Origin: Guptibacillus hwajinpoensis | Lineage (GTDB): Bacteria; Bacillota; Bacilli; Bacillales; Guptibacillaceae | Assembly: GCF_020524165.1 (NCBI RefSeq) | Contig: NZ_JAIVKU010000007.1 | Coordinates: 169,164 to 201,163, forward strand | DNA length: 32,000 nucleotides | Reading direction: 5' to 3' | Part shown: positions 8,989 to 22,914 of the stretch, piece by piece | Numbering within the stretch: the first letter of the stretch is position 1 | Layout: every line of letters starts with the position of its first letter | The notes under the pieces: generated by a model | What the model saw: the letters and a program-made list of their open reading frames with translations, nothing else | What the model was told of the DNA's origin: nothing | The model's database searches: none | Translations under genes and position numbers: made by a program

Positions 8989-10236
8989 TTATTGATAAAT
9001 ATGAACAAACGGTTCTTCTTCGTTAGGATCCTTCACAATCATACTTTCCGTTTCTCCGTTGCTTGTAATGTAGATCGAAACGGGTAAATCTTGTGGAAAA
9101 GTATCGTTTCGTTTCTTAACAAGTCCATTAACAAATTGCGTGAAAGAAATCACTTCCGCTTTGCTATAAAACTGAATAGGAATCTCCACTTTTAACTGAG
9201 ACAGTTCATCCTGTTTGTAAAATCCCGTTCCAATCACCCCTACAAAGTTTGGAAAGAAATCCTGTATTTCTCGAGTGAAGTCATCAAACTTCTCAGCTTC
9301 AGCCGGATATTCTTCGTCAGCAGCTGAGGAAGGAAAAGCAATGTACTTTTCGTTTAAATCTTTCCATGACTCAGGACTCGATTTCCCTTTTTCTACTGTG
9401 GTGCTTGCCACAAAGTTTCCTGGAACAACCGATTGTCTTGGTTGTTCTAAGAAAAGGGTGAACACGATGGGAACATCATGCTCGGCTCTGATTTTCTGAA
9501 TGATTGGTTTAATGGCATCCTTGGCCTTTGTCACTACTTCTTTTTTGTCTAGCTTTACTGATCCCGTATATTTCAAACCATTCTCATCAAGAACAGAATA
9601 GGGGTACTCTGAATAAAGCGACAGGGCGATTGAAATGCCGCCTAGCTGTAATTCATCATCTTTATTCTGCACATAGTAATCCTGTTCATGGATATAGGAA
9701 AGGAATTTAGGGTTTTTCTTCTCCGCTTCAATGACTTGCTCATACTTAGCAGGATCTTCTTTTACGCCAAGCTGTGGGTTCAGACCTTCATTTACTTCCT
9801 TGTCTTTGTCTTTTTCAGCTTCTTCTTTTGTTACTCCGTTATCACGATACAGCCAACTGTGAATTTGCTCTGTGTCAAACAGCTGTCCTTCTTTAAAGAA
9901 ATACTTCTCAGGATCAAACTTTTCTTGAGAAAGTCGTATCAAACCCATTTCAAGCGCATCAACGTCAAGACGGTTGTCGACACCAGCTGTGATCAATCCT
10001 CTTACTTGTGATGTATCAAGAGAATTTTTCTCCCCATTTTTTTCTAACACTGAACGATAATAAGTCTCCGAGGTTTTAATATCTTCACTCACTATCATTT
10101 CTTCACTTTCTTTGCCTTCTGAATCATTCACCTTTACTGCATCGTCCTGCTCGCCCTTCATGAAACTTGGAACACAACCGGATAATACGAGCGAAAGGGC
10201 CATGATACTAACGATGAACGTTTGCTTCTTTGGCAT
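8989..10236 (-). CDS. camS: CamS-family lipoprotein (YerH-like, sex-pheromone-precursor family)
   Basis: 415-aa ORF with signal peptide and lipobox MALSLVLSGC. It begins 13 nt after the ligA stop with its own GAGGAGAGGAAAG Shine-Dalgarno. Its position after ligA matches B. subtilis yerH. Confidence 0.8.
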   Translation of the reverse strand: MPKKQTFIVSIMALSLVLSGCVPSFMKGEQDDAVKVNDSEGKESEEMIVSEDIKTSETYYRSVLEKNGEKNSLDTSQVRGLITAGVDNRLDVDALEMGLIRLSQEKFDPEKYFFKEGQLFDTEQIHSWLYRDNGVTKEEAEKDKDKEVNEGLNPQLGVKEDPAKYEQVIEAEKKNPKFLSYIHEQDYYVQNKDDELQLGGISIALSLYSEYPYSVLDENGLKYTGSVKLDKKEVVTKAKDAIKPIIQKIRAEHDVPIVFTLFLEQPRQSVVPGNFVASTTVEKGKSSPESWKDLNEKYIAFPSSAADEEYPAEAEKFDDFTREIQDFFPNFVGVIGTGFYKQDELSQLKVEIPIQFYSKAEVISFTQFVNGLVKKRNDTFPQDLPVSIYITSNGETESMIVKDPNEEEPFVHIYQ

Positions 10237-10249
10237 TACTTTCCTCTCC

Positions 10250-12259
<2,010 letters not shown>

Positions 12260-12275
12260 TCACCTTCTAAAATGG

Positions 12276-14498
12276 CTATTGCTTTTCAATTGGGGCAAAC
12301 TTTGCTAACAAGCGCTTGATGCCAACTGGATTCGGGAACGCAATATCAAGCTCGGTCGAATCGCCATCACCTTTCACGCTAACAACCGTTCCGACTCCCC
12401 ACTTGCGATGGCTCGCTTTGTCTCCTACCTTCCAATCGAGTGAATCTCCTCCTGTTGAAGTCAGTTGAGGACGTCTAGGTGTTTTCGGAGTAGCAGGTCT
12501 TGAAGAAGAGCGAGAACTCGCTCCTCCAAACGGTGTTGCAGGTTTTTCCTGTCCTTGCTTTTCAAGCAATTCTTCTGGAATCTCACCAATAAAGCGAGAA
12601 ACCGGATTGGCGTTTGTTTTTCCGTATAGTGTTCGAAGACGAGAGTTTGTTAGAAATAACTCTTCTTCCGCCCTCGTAATACCTACATAAGCAAGGCGAC
12701 GTTCTTCTTCCATTTCTTCTTCCTCGAATAGTGAGCGACTATGCGGAAATACCCCTTCTTCCATCCCAATAAGGAAAACGACAGGGAATTCTAGACCTTT
12801 TGCAGAATGAAGGGTCATCAGTGTAACAGCTTCCTTCTGCTCGTTTTCATCCTCATCCAACTTATCGATGTCTGCAACGAGGGCGAGGTCCGTTAGAAAA
12901 GCGATCAAGCTCTTGTCTTCACTCGCTTTCTCAAACTCCTGCGTAACAGATAGAAATTCATCGATATTTTCAAGACGCGTTTGGGATTCAATCGTGTTCT
13001 CATTTCGCAAAGCATCCCGATATCCCGACTTATCAATCACTTCTTCAACGAGCTCGGACACAGCTAAATATTCCTGCATCTGTGACCAGTTGGCCATTTG
13101 ATTGCCAAACGTCTTAAGTGACTTGGTAAAACGAGCGCTTAAGCCAATCTGTTCCACTTCTTGAAGAGCTGTAAAAATGGATATGTCTTGATTTGCCGCA
13201 TATTGTGCTACTTTATCCATTGTTGATGCACCCACACCACGCTTTGGAACATTCACAATTCTTAATAAGCTAATGTCATCATCCGGGTTTGCAATTAGAC
13301 GCAGATAAGCAAGAACGTCTTTGATTTCTTTACGATCGTAGAACTTTGTACCGCCGACAATGTTGTAATGAATGTTCGACTTATTTAAAATTTCCTCAAT
13401 AACTCGGGACTGTGCATTCGTCCGATAAAGAATTGCTATTTGTGAGTTCGTTCGCTTTCCGCTATTCACCATATCAAGGATTTTCCCTGTTACAAAGCGA
13501 CTCTCATCGTGTTCATCATTGGCTTGGTAATACGTGATATGCGGGCCGTCATCGTTATCGGTCCATAATTTTTTTGGCTTACGATTCATATTGTTCTCAA
13601 TCACAACATTCGCCGCCTGAAGAATTTTCTTTGTGGAACGATAGTTTTGCTCAAGGAAAATCGCACGTGCACTCGGATAGTCCTTTTCAAACGAGAGGAT
13701 ATTCTGAATATCCGCCCCGCGCCAACGATAAATCGACTGATCAGAATCACCTACAACGCAAAGGTTTTGATATTTCTCAGCCATTAGTTTAACAAGGACA
13801 TATTGTGCTTTGTTCGTATCTTGATACTCGTCCACGTGAATGTACTGGAATTTACGCTGATAAAATTCAAGCACTTCTGGCACTTTTTTAAACAATGTAA
13901 TGGTACGCATAATTAAATCGTCGAAGTCCAATGCCTGGTTTTTACGGAGCTGCTTCTGATATTGCTCATACGCATCCGCTACTACACTTTCATATGGGCC
14001 TTTTGCGTTCGCTTTATAGTCTTCCGGCGTCTCAAGCTCATTCTTAGCAGAACTAATACTACCTAGAATTCCTCGCGGTTCAAATTTCTTAGGATCAACG
14101 TTCTGTTCCTTCAGAATTTTCTTAATCACTGTTAGCTGGTCACCAGAATCAAGAATCGTAAAGTTACGGTTAATCCCAATGCGATCTCCGTCTCTTCTTA
14201 AAATACGAACACACATCGAGTGGAACGTGGAAATCCATATATCTTCGGCAACCGGGCCTGTAATGGAATTCACTCGTTCTCTCATTTCTCGCGCCGCTTT
14301 ATTTGTAAAGGTAATCGCAAGGATGTTCCAGGGAGAGACCTGTTTTTCAACAAGAAGGTACGCGATTCGATGCGTGAGCACTCTCGTTTTGCCACTGCCT
14401 GCTCCGGCCATAATTAAAAGCGGTCCATCCGTGTGCTTGACCGCTTCTTGTTGTTCCGGGTTTAACCCGTTTAATAACTTATCAACTATTCGTTGCAT
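12276..14498 (-). CDS. pcrA: ATP-dependent DNA helicase PcrA (UvrD/Rep superfamily 1)
   Basis: 740-aa ORF with Walker A AGAGSGKT, the DEYQD motif, and further motifs including QNYRS and [10 protein letters not shown]. Lies in the pcrB-pcrA-ligA order. Confidence 0.97.
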   Translation of the reverse strand: MQRIVDKLLNGLNPEQQEAVKHTDGPLLIMAGAGSGKTRVLTHRIAYLLVEKQVSPWNILAITFTNKAAREMRERVNSITGPVAEDIWISTFHSMCVRILRRDGDRIGINRNFTILDSGDQLTVIKKILKEQNVDPKKFEPRGILGSISSAKNELETPEDYKANAKGPYESVVADAYEQYQKQLRKNQALDFDDLIMRTITLFKKVPEVLEFYQRKFQYIHVDEYQDTNKAQYVLVKLMAEKYQNLCVVGDSDQSIYRWRGADIQNILSFEKDYPSARAIFLEQNYRSTKKILQAANVVIENNMNRKPKKLWTDNDDGPHITYYQANDEHDESRFVTGKILDMVNSGKRTNSQIAILYRTNAQSRVIEEILNKSNIHYNIVGGTKFYDRKEIKDVLAYLRLIANPDDDISLLRIVNVPKRGVGASTMDKVAQYAANQDISIFTALQEVEQIGLSARFTKSLKTFGNQMANWSQMQEYLAVSELVEEVIDKSGYRDALRNENTIESQTRLENIDEFLSVTQEFEKASEDKSLIAFLTDLALVADIDKLDEDENEQKEAVTLMTLHSAKGLEFPVVFLIGMEEGVFPHSRSLFEEEEMEEERRLAYVGITRAEEELFLTNSRLRTLYGKTNANPVSRFIGEIPEELLEKQGQEKPATPFGGASSRSSSRPATPKTPRRPQLTSTGGDSLDWKVGDKASHRKWGVGTVVSVKGDGDSTELDIAFPNPVGIKRLLAKFAPIEKQ

Positions 14499-14561
14499 GT
14501 TTTCGCACTCCTCACAAACATATGTTCTTATAACTTATTTTACCTGATCGATAGGAGAGAA

Positions 14562-15251
14562 TCAATTTCCTTTCACAGCATTAACTGTTTTAAGCGCTTG
14601 TTTGATATTATCGTAAATAATATTCCCAACAATAACGGTATCTGCAAAAGCTGCCATTTCCTTCGCTTTTTCAGAAGAATCAATTCCTCCACCATAGAAA
14701 AGTTGCGTCTCGTCAAGAACCTGACTTACCTTATGCACAAGGTCTTTGTCTCCATAGGTTCCACTGTATTCCACATAAAAAATCGGCAGTTTGAACATCT
14801 TCTCTGCCATCCGCGCATATGCAAGTACATCTTCTTCATCAAGATTAGTATGAGCAGAAGTTAGCTCAGCAACCTTCGAATCCCGATTGAGAATACAATA
14901 CCCTTCCATCACAATTTCATCCCAATTCATAATCTCACCAAAATCTTTTACAGCTTCATGATGCAAGCCTGTTACCCAACGACTATCTTCCGTATTCAGG
15001 ACGGTTGGAATAAAATAAAAATCAAATCCAGGTGTCACTGCTTCCACAGTCGATACCTCAAGAGCACATGGTACCGCGTAACGACGAATTCTAGCAAGTA
15101 AATCTAACGTCCGATCCAGCGTCACTCCATCACTACCACCAACAATCACTGCATCCGTCCCAGACTCACAAATCGCCTCAAGATCATAATCCTCAATCTC
15201 CTTATTCGGATCCAGCTTAAACACATGTTTCCACTCTCTAAAATCAAACAT
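14562..15251 (-). CDS. pcrB: Heptaprenylglyceryl phosphate synthase (PcrB, GGGP synthase family)
   Basis: The PcrB-like sequence starts at [17 protein letters not shown] (ATG 15251), downstream of GGGAGGAAGGG. The track GTG at 15269 would add 6 residues that overlap the Shine-Dalgarno. Confidence 0.93.
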   Translation of the reverse strand: MFDFREWKHVFKLDPNKEIEDYDLEAICESGTDAVIVGGSDGVTLDRTLDLLARIRRYAVPCALEVSTVEAVTPGFDFYFIPTVLNTEDSRWVTGLHHEAVKDFGEIMNWDEIVMEGYCILNRDSKVAELTSAHTNLDEEDVLAYARMAEKMFKLPIFYVEYSGTYGDKDLVHKVSQVLDETQLFYGGGIDSSEKAKEMAAFADTVIVGNIIYDNIKQALKTVNAVKGN

Positions 15252-15286
15252 CCTAACCCTTCCTCCCACTTTTCCTCATAAATTGG

Positions 15287-15295
15287 ATTATATCA
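15287..15295 (-). promoter_or_regulatory. Candidate extended -10 promoter of the pcrB-pcrA-ligA-camS operon
   Basis: Minus strand reads TGATATAAT (TGn plus a perfect TATAAT) about 36 nt upstream of the pcrB ATG. There is no good -35. Motif match only. Confidence 0.4.
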
Positions 15296-15305
15296 AAGAA
15301 TACAT

Positions 15306-15572
15306 GAAAAGCGGAAGTGGGCGTTTAGGTCCGACAAGCGCTGGAGGCATTTCATTTGAACACGGTCTATGTGTTCGGATGGAATGCTGAAGCGATCGAG
15401 GACCTGCCCACTGCAGCTGGATCAATGAAAAGCGGAAGTGGGCCCGTTTAAATCTGCAGGATGTTGGAACCCATGAGACTGAGACGCTTTTTGTCTCATT
15501 CGATTGGGCGAAACAGCCGGAAGATTTGGCCCACTGCAGCTGGATCACCTAAAAGCGGAAGTGGGCGTTTAG
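15306..15572. repeat. Tandem ~122-bp modular repeat (conserved 38-nt junction, divergent cores)
   Basis: AAAAGCGGAAGTGGGC occurs at 15307, 15428 and 15551. GCCCACTGCAGCTGGATCA occurs at 15406 and 15529. The junctions 15406..15443 and 15529..15566 are 35/38 identical, and the 76-77-bp cores between them are not alignable. Confidence 0.9.
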
Positions 15573-15603
15573 CCTCGAAAGGACTCCGTCTAACATAACC
15601 CCA

Positions 15604-15699
15604 TATTTCCGCGAAATTCTTATTAATTCCGCGATAATCTGATTTTTTCCGCGAAATCGACCTATTTTTCCGCGATTTCTTAAATAATTACGAGAAATT
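15604..15699. repeat. Five phased direct repeats of TTCCGCGA (the fifth is degenerate, TTACGAGA)
   Basis: The motif starts at 15607, 15627, 15647, 15668 and 15688 (spacing 20, 20, 21, 20 bp). Each copy is embedded in A/T runs. The best copies form the dyad ATTTC-CGC-GAAAT. Confidence 0.9.
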
Positions 15700-15730
15700 G
15701 CTAAATGGCATGATAGACAGTACTACTCAA

Positions 15731-15764
15731 ACCAAAACAAAAAATGAGCCGGAATCCGGCTCAT
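15731..15764 (-). terminator. Intrinsic terminator after yerC
   Basis: Minus strand reads ATGAGCCGG-att-CCGGCTCAT followed by TTTTTTGTTTTGGTTT, 5 nt after the yerC stop. Confidence 0.85.
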
Positions 15765-15769
15765 TTCAT

Positions 15770-16072
15770 CTACTCCTTATTATGAACACGATCAAGCGTC
15801 ATTTGATAGCCGTCGTTTCCATAGTTTAAACTACGCTTCACTCTTGAGATCGTCGCTGTGCTTGCGCCTGTTTCTGTTTCAATTTTGTGATAAGTAAACC
15901 CTTCACGAAGCATTCTTGCAACTTCCAATCGCTGAGCGAGAGATTGTATTTCATTCACTGTTGCTAAATCATCAAAGAATAAATAACATTCTTCTAGATC
16001 TTTTAATGAAAGAATCGCCTCAAACAATTGGTCTAGAGTTTTACCTCGAAGTTTATCAATTTGCATTATCAA
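15770..16072 (-). CDS. yerC: TrpR-like YerC/YecD family protein
   Basis: 100-aa ORF with ...ECYLFFDDLATVNEIQSLAQRLEVARML...TGASTATISRVKRSLNYG, which is typical of the YerC/YecD family. The start may be TTG 16072 (6 nt after AAGGAGAG) or ATG 16066. Confidence 0.88.
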   Translation of the reverse strand: MIMQIDKLRGKTLDQLFEAILSLKDLEECYLFFDDLATVNEIQSLAQRLEVARMLREGFTYHKIETETGASTATISRVKRSLNYGNDGYQMTLDRVHNKE

Positions 16073-16221
16073 TCCACTCTCCTTACTTCATTCTGTATCG
16101 GTCTATGTTTTCTATTCTCAACTCATCATGATGCGCTATTATTTCACTTTACGTTCATTCTAACAATTCAAGCTAGTAAATTCATGCACTTTACTTCGTT
16201 AAGGGTTTACTTGGTTATAGT

Positions 16222-17970
16222 TTAACGCATTATCGAAGGAAAAAGTACCATTTTCCTCTTTACATCATAAATTCCTTGCTGCGTCAATCGAATAAAAGGT
16301 AAATGCGTCGAAGAGAAGAACAGCAGACTATAAACCGGATCTTTGTATGAATAGCCTCTATCCTCAAGTTCTTGGATCATATGTTTTTCCTTTGTAATTA
16401 GTTCTTCAAGCGGCAGATCAGACATTTTCCCCATGAGAGGCAATTGAATTTCGGAAATGACTTCCCCATCTTCTACAAGAGAAATCCCTCCACCAATTTC
16501 ATTTATTCGGTTAAATGCTGTCATCATATCTGCTTTATTTTTCCCAATTAGAATAAAATCACCCGTATTCGAAAAGCTACTGGCAAAACCTTGCACCCGA
16601 TTCGCGAAGCCTTTAATAATGGTGTTTACTCGCCATTCCCCTTCGCGACTGAGTAGCATGATAAAACTTTCATCTGAGTCTGCAGGAAGCTTGTCTACGG
16701 ACGTCTCAACAGATAGGTTATATGGCTTTGTGATCACCGCGTTGATCATTTCCATTCCTGCTGGACCTGAGAACGTTAAATCATTAGGTTGAATTTCCCA
16801 CGTATTGTTTAACGGAGTAAGTCCATGTTTTCCCCACTCAAAAGACCAATCTTGATCCGTTTCTTTCCTCTCACGCTTTAGCCATTTTCCACGTGCAAGT
16901 ACGGAAACAGGATGAGGCTTATCTTTTGATTCAAGAATATTAATATGAGCAACTCTACCCGGTGCTATCATACCATGCGTATCGCTTATGCCGTAGTGGT
17001 TTGCCACATTATATGACACCATAGAATACGCATCTTCTGAAGGCACCCCTTTCTCAAGAGCTATTTCAATTAATTTGTCTGTTGTGCCATTTTCTAAGAA
17101 AGAAGGCGTTGACCCATCAGTATTCATCATGACTCGGTCAAAAGAAGTAATTCCTTTCTTAAGTAAAGATTCGAGAATGACAGGTAGGTCTGGTCTTATC
17201 GAAGAATAACGTAGTGACGTCATCATCCCCATCTCTAGTCGTCGCAAAGCCTCTTCACCAGTCATCGCTTCATGATCACATGAAACTCCGAGAAGGCCCA
17301 TTTTCGTTAACGTTGCAAGAGAAGCACCAGGCAAATGTCCTTCTACAGGCTTACCTAGCCTTCTCGTCTCTTGCATCCATTCTAAAATTTCGTCATCGCC
17401 TCCAAGTACGTCAGGCCATGCCGTAAGCTCTCCTCCTTGGATGACCAGTGGGTGTGCAAGCCATTCTTTAACCACTTTATTCGTGATCATCTCTTCATCT
17501 AACAGCTTTGTTTGCGAATCATATCGTGCCCACCAATACATGGAAACAGGGAACTGATCCAGGTCTTCAATTAATGTAAGCGCTTTCTCTTTAGGCAAAC
17601 CTAGAAGCAAAAGAAGGTTATCATTCATCATTGTCGTTGTTCCCCGCTGAGATGCATATCGCGCAAGTGTAAGGGGATTATATAGTTGAAATGGATGTGC
17701 GTGTGGTTCAATGTAACCTGGCACAAGACATCGTCCTTCGCAATCAACCCATTCAGTTGAAGGATGCTTTTCAGGAAGATCATCACCTACGTACACAATG
17801 CGGTTTTCATACACCCATATATTTGATGTCACCCATTTTTTTATTCCGTGGTTTAAATACGTTGCATTGTAGAAAACGATCGATGGAGGCAGTTCTCCAG
17901 ACACAACTTGAACGTGCTGTCGTAATTGCTGCTTCGTCCATAAATTTTTTCGTTTCGCCATAACCATCAC
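16222..17970 (-). CDS. yerA: Adenine deaminase-like amidohydrolase (YerA type)
   Basis: 582-aa ORF with the amidohydrolase metal motif GYIEPHAHPF, of adenine deaminase family length. Its position just after purD matches B. subtilis yerA. The start is uncertain among the GTG/ATG codons at 17970-17961. Confidence 0.85.
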   Translation of the reverse strand: MMVMAKRKNLWTKQQLRQHVQVVSGELPPSIVFYNATYLNHGIKKWVTSNIWVYENRIVYVGDDLPEKHPSTEWVDCEGRCLVPGYIEPHAHPFQLYNPLTLARYASQRGTTTMMNDNLLLLLGLPKEKALTLIEDLDQFPVSMYWWARYDSQTKLLDEEMITNKVVKEWLAHPLVIQGGELTAWPDVLGGDDEILEWMQETRRLGKPVEGHLPGASLATLTKMGLLGVSCDHEAMTGEEALRRLEMGMMTSLRYSSIRPDLPVILESLLKKGITSFDRVMMNTDGSTPSFLENGTTDKLIEIALEKGVPSEDAYSMVSYNVANHYGISDTHGMIAPGRVAHINILESKDKPHPVSVLARGKWLKRERKETDQDWSFEWGKHGLTPLNNTWEIQPNDLTFSGPAGMEMINAVITKPYNLSVETSVDKLPADSDESFIMLLSREGEWRVNTIIKGFANRVQGFASSFSNTGDFILIGKNKADMMTAFNRINEIGGGISLVEDGEVISEIQLPLMGKMSDLPLEELITKEKHMIQELEDRGYSYKDPVYSLLFFSSTHLPFIRLTQQGIYDVKRKMVLFPSIMR

Positions 17971-18054
17971 CCGCTTCAGGAAGTTTTCTTTATTTTAACA
18001 TAATTTTGAAACGTTGCTACTTTTGATTTGTGAATGAAGAAAGGAGATTTTCAA

Positions 18055-18300
18055 ATGAAGCCAAATATTAGCATGATGAATGCCTTTATTCGCCTTACTG
18101 CCGGTTTCACTTTACTGGCTTACTCAACCGCAAAGTTATCTAAAGAAGAATCGACATCTGCCTGGGTAATCGCTGCGATCGGCGCCATGAAGGTAGCTGA
18201 AGGTCATACGCGCTATTGTCCTGTCGTTGATCTTATGACACAGGATGAAACACGCGATCCAGATGAAACAGCGCTTGAAAGAGTAATCAATCCTTCTTAA
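18055..18300 (+). CDS. DUF2892 (YgaP-like) small membrane protein
   Basis: Two hydrophobic segments and a conserved-looking GHTRYCPVVDL motif near the second. I prefer ATG 18055 (AAAGGAG 8 nt upstream) over the track start at 18034. Confidence 0.7.
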   Translation: MKPNISMMNAFIRLTAGFTLLAYSTAKLSKEESTSAWVIAAIGAMKVAEGHTRYCPVVDLMTQDETRDPDETALERVINPS

Positions 18301-18308
18301 AATTTTAT

Positions 18309-18342
18309 AAAAAAACTTCCCTGGGTTCAGGGAAGTTTTCTC
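18309..18342. terminator. Bidirectional intrinsic terminator (DUF2892 gene on +, pur operon on -)
   Basis: AAAAAACTTCCCTG-ggtt-CAGGGAAGTTTTC. The minus-strand reading is followed by TTTTTTTATAAAATTTT. It lies about 105 nt downstream of the purD stop. Confidence 0.8.
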
Positions 18343-18367
18343 TACCTTATCAAAAGGAGGTTTCTAT

Positions 18368-19730
<1,363 letters not shown>

Positions 19731-21269
19731 TTAATGTTTGAAATGACGAATGCCAGTAAAGACCATGGTAATACCGTATTCATTCGCTTTTTTAATCGAA
19801 TCCTCATCTCGGATCGATCCGCCAGGTTGAATGATTGCTGTGACGCCAGCGCGCCCTGCTGCTTCCACCGTATCATCCATTGGGAAGAAAGCGTCTGAGC
19901 CCATTACTGATCCTTTGCTTTTCTCACCCGCTTGCTCAATCGCAATATTCGCCGCACCAACACGGTTCATCTGACCAGCACCAATTCCGATTGTTTGATC
20001 ATCCTTCGTGAGAACAATCGCGTTTGACTTGACGTGTTTCACAACTTTCCACGCGAGCTTTAATGCTTCCCATTCTTCTTCAGTTGGTTCACGATCAGTT
20101 GGAACGGAAATATCAGCTTCATCAAATCCATAATGGTCACGCTCTTGAAGTAAAAGACCACCATTAATTGAAGTAAGCTGATGCTCTACAGCAGATGAAG
20201 CCGCGACATCTAGTTTTAATAATCGAAGGTTTTTTTTCTTTGTTAAAACAGCTAAAGCTTCTTCCGTAAACGAAGGCGCCATAATAATTTCAAGAAATAT
20301 TTCCTTTAGCTTAAGAGCCGTTGCTTCATCTACTTCACGATTGATCGCAACAATACCACCAAAAATAGAAGTTGAATCCGCTTCGTACGCTTTCTGATAA
20401 GCTTCAAAAATTGTTTCCCCCGTACCGACGCCACAAGGGTTCATATGTTTAACAGCTACTACTGCGGGCTGGTCAAATTCTTTCACAATAGTAAGGGCTG
20501 CATTCGCATCATTAATGTTATTGTAAGAAAGCTCCTTACCATTTAACTGTTCAGCTGAAGCTAGAGAAGCCCCTTTATATAAAGGTTTCTTATAGAAAAC
20601 AGCTTTTTGATGTGGGTTTTCTCCATAGCGAAGCGTTTGTTTACGCTCAAAGGTTACCGTTAATGATTCAGGCTCTTCTTCTCCGGATTGAGCTGTGAGG
20701 TATTCAGAGATCACAGCATCGTAGGAAGCCGTATGACGGAATACTTTTGCTGCAAGTTCACGACGAAGAATTCCTGTAGTGTCTCCATTTTCCTCGACTT
20801 GACGTAAGACGCGGTGATAGTCAGAAGGATCGACTACAACCGTTACATCACGATGGTTTTTAGCAGCGGAACGAAGCATTGTCGGTCCACCAATATCAAT
20901 GTTTTCAATCGCTTCTTCATACGTGACGTCCGGTTTTGCGATTGTTTCCTGGAAAGGGTACAAATTCACAACGACAAGATCAATCGGTTTAATGTTTAGC
21001 TCGTTCAACTGTTCTTGGTGAGCTTCATTGTCACGCATAGCAAGAAGACCACTATGTACGTTTGGATGGAGTGTTTTTACTCGGCCATCAAGAATTTCTG
21101 GGAAACCCGTAACGTCAGAAATACCGATCACATCGACACCGGCTTCTTCAAGGGCACGCTTTGTTCCACCTGTTGAGATCACCTCTACTCCTTTGTCAGC
21201 AAGTCCTTTTGCAAATTCTGTAATATCTGTTTTGTCAGAAACGCTAATGAGTGCGCGTTTAATCGTCAT
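19731..21269 (-). CDS. purH: Bifunctional AICAR formyltransferase / IMP cyclohydrolase
   Basis: 512-aa ORF with [16 protein letters not shown]...; MGS-like and AICARFT domains; ends ...GIRHFKH. Confidence 0.97.
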   Translation of the reverse strand: MTIKRALISVSDKTDITEFAKGLADKGVEVISTGGTKRALEEAGVDVIGISDVTGFPEILDGRVKTLHPNVHSGLLAMRDNEAHQEQLNELNIKPIDLVVVNLYPFQETIAKPDVTYEEAIENIDIGGPTMLRSAAKNHRDVTVVVDPSDYHRVLRQVEENGDTTGILRRELAAKVFRHTASYDAVISEYLTAQSGEEEPESLTVTFERKQTLRYGENPHQKAVFYKKPLYKGASLASAEQLNGKELSYNNINDANAALTIVKEFDQPAVVAVKHMNPCGVGTGETIFEAYQKAYEADSTSIFGGIVAINREVDEATALKLKEIFLEIIMAPSFTEEALAVLTKKKNLRLLKLDVAASSAVEHQLTSINGGLLLQERDHYGFDEADISVPTDREPTEEEWEALKLAWKVVKHVKSNAIVLTKDDQTIGIGAGQMNRVGAANIAIEQAGEKSKGSVMGSDAFFPMDDTVEAAGRAGVTAIIQPGGSIRDEDSIKKANEYGITMVFTGIRHFKH

Positions 21270-21289
21270 GTGAATTCCTCCTACTTTCT

Positions 21290-21862
21290 CTAGTTTTTTT
21301 CCTGAAGAAGGGAACGAATGACAGCAGGATACAAGAGGTGTTCTACGGCTTGGATTTTGTTTGCCAGGTCTTCCTTTGTATCTTCCTCATCAATTCGAAC
21401 GCTGTCTTGATCAATAATTTTACCTGTATCCATTCCCTCGTCCACAAAATGAACGGTAACACCTGTGATTTTAACCCCTGCTTCAAATGCTTGCCCGATT
21501 GCATCTTTTCCAGGGAACGAAGGCAGTAGAGAGGGATGGATATTAATGATCCTTCCTTCAAAACCTTGAAGAAGCGTTGGACCAATTAACCTCATATAAC
21601 CAGCAAGGATGATCCATTCAACACCCGCTTCGTTCAACTGTTGAAGAATGAAGTTTTCAAAATCAGCTTTGGATTCATACGATTTAGGATAAAAGGAAAG
21701 GACAGGAATGCCAAAGCGTTCTGCCCTTTTTTCAACTTTTGCTCCAGGACGATCGCAAACCACAAGCGCTATTTCTGCTTCGATCTGTCCCTTTTCAATC
21801 GCAGCGGCAATCGCTTCGAAGTTCGATCCGCTCCCAGATGCGAATACGGCTAGCTTCTTCAC
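21290..21862 (-). CDS. purN: Phosphoribosylglycinamide formyltransferase
   Basis: 190-aa ORF with [14 protein letters not shown] and the HPSLLP motif. It overlaps the purM stop by 4 nt. Confidence 0.96.
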   Translation of the reverse strand: MKKLAVFASGSGSNFEAIAAAIEKGQIEAEIALVVCDRPGAKVEKRAERFGIPVLSFYPKSYESKADFENFILQQLNEAGVEWIILAGYMRLIGPTLLQGFEGRIINIHPSLLPSFPGKDAIGQAFEAGVKITGVTVHFVDEGMDTGKIIDQDSVRIDEEDTKEDLANKIQAVEHLLYPAVIRSLLQEKN

Positions 21863-22899
21863 GACAAGTCACCGCCTCCAAATTCAATTCCTTCTCCTTT
21901 AACTACACGACCAATCATATAAGCCCGTTCGCCATCCTGCTCAAGTGATTTAATCACATTAATCGCCTCATCTTCAGGCACTGAAAGTACCATACCGATC
22001 CCCATGTTGAATGTGGTAAACATTTCTTTGCGTGCCAGGCTTCCTTTCTTTTCAATCAAATCAAAAATTGGAGGAATCGGCCATGAACCGTAATCAATCT
22101 GGGCTGCCAGTCCTTTAGGAAGCATACGCGGAATATTCTCTTCAAAGCCACCGCCTGTAATATGAGCAATTCCATTCACAGTGTGCGATTTAAGAACATT
22201 TAAAACCGGTTTAACATAAATACGCGTCGGGGCAAGTAACGCCTCACCAAGCGTTGAACCAAGCTCATCATAAGAAATTGAAAGATCCATGTTATGATCT
22301 TTCAGCAAGACTTTCCGTACAAGGGAAAAACCGTTGCTGTGAATCCCATTTGAAGCAAGACCGATTAGGACATTTCCTTCTTTCACATTCTCTGTCGTAA
22401 TCAGCTTGGATTTTTCAACAGCTCCCACCGTAAATCCAGCAAGATCATAGTCATTTTCTTGATACATATCAGGCATTTCAGCTGTTTCTCCACCAATTAA
22501 GGCACAGCCTGCCTGTGAACAGCCTTCTGCCACACCTTTTACAATTTCCTCGATTCGCTCAGGTGTAAGCTTTCCAGTTGCAATATAATCAAGAAAATAG
22601 AGAGGTTCTGCCCCCTGTGCGACAACGTCATTTACGCACATGGCCACGCAATCAATGCCAATCGTGTCATGCTGATCGAGTTGAATCGCGAGCATGAGCT
22701 TTGTTCCAACACCGTCCGTTCCTGAAACAAGAACTGGTTTCTCGTAGTCTAGTTCAGACAGATCGAACATGCCGCCAAAGCCACCAAGGCCACCCATTAC
22801 GCCTTTGCGCATTGTTCTCTTTACGTGAGGCTTAATACGATCTACCGCTTCATAACCTGCTTCTATGTTAACGCCTGCCTGCCTGTATGCTTGTGCCAT
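21859..22899 (-). CDS. purM: Phosphoribosylformylglycinamidine cyclo-ligase (AIR synthetase)
   Basis: 346-aa ORF with [15 protein letters not shown]...GTDGVGTKL. Confidence 0.97.
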   Translation of the reverse strand: MAQAYRQAGVNIEAGYEAVDRIKPHVKRTMRKGVMGGLGGFGGMFDLSELDYEKPVLVSGTDGVGTKLMLAIQLDQHDTIGIDCVAMCVNDVVAQGAEPLYFLDYIATGKLTPERIEEIVKGVAEGCSQAGCALIGGETAEMPDMYQENDYDLAGFTVGAVEKSKLITTENVKEGNVLIGLASNGIHSNGFSLVRKVLLKDHNMDLSISYDELGSTLGEALLAPTRIYVKPVLNVLKSHTVNGIAHITGGGFEENIPRMLPKGLAAQIDYGSWPIPPIFDLIEKKGSLARKEMFTTFNMGIGMVLSVPEDEAINVIKSLEQDGERAYMIGRVVKGEGIEFGGGDLS

Positions 22900-22914
22900 A
22901 ATGGCCTCCTTCGG

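Noticed and set aside
15288-15548. 86-aa minus-strand ORF with an internal IQLQWA...IQLQWA duplication
   Set aside because: The apparent protein repeat is just the translation of the tandem DNA junction repeats. The ORF has no Shine-Dalgarno, runs through the candidate pcrB promoter region, and has low-complexity, non-protein-like composition.
15306-15572. Repeat-spacer-repeat layout that superficially looks like a CRISPR array
   Set aside because: There are only two full junction copies plus one half copy. The spacers are 76-77 bp and the repeat is 38 nt plus flanks, both outside typical CRISPR geometry. The spacers are internally palindromic, and there are no cas genes or leader in the window.
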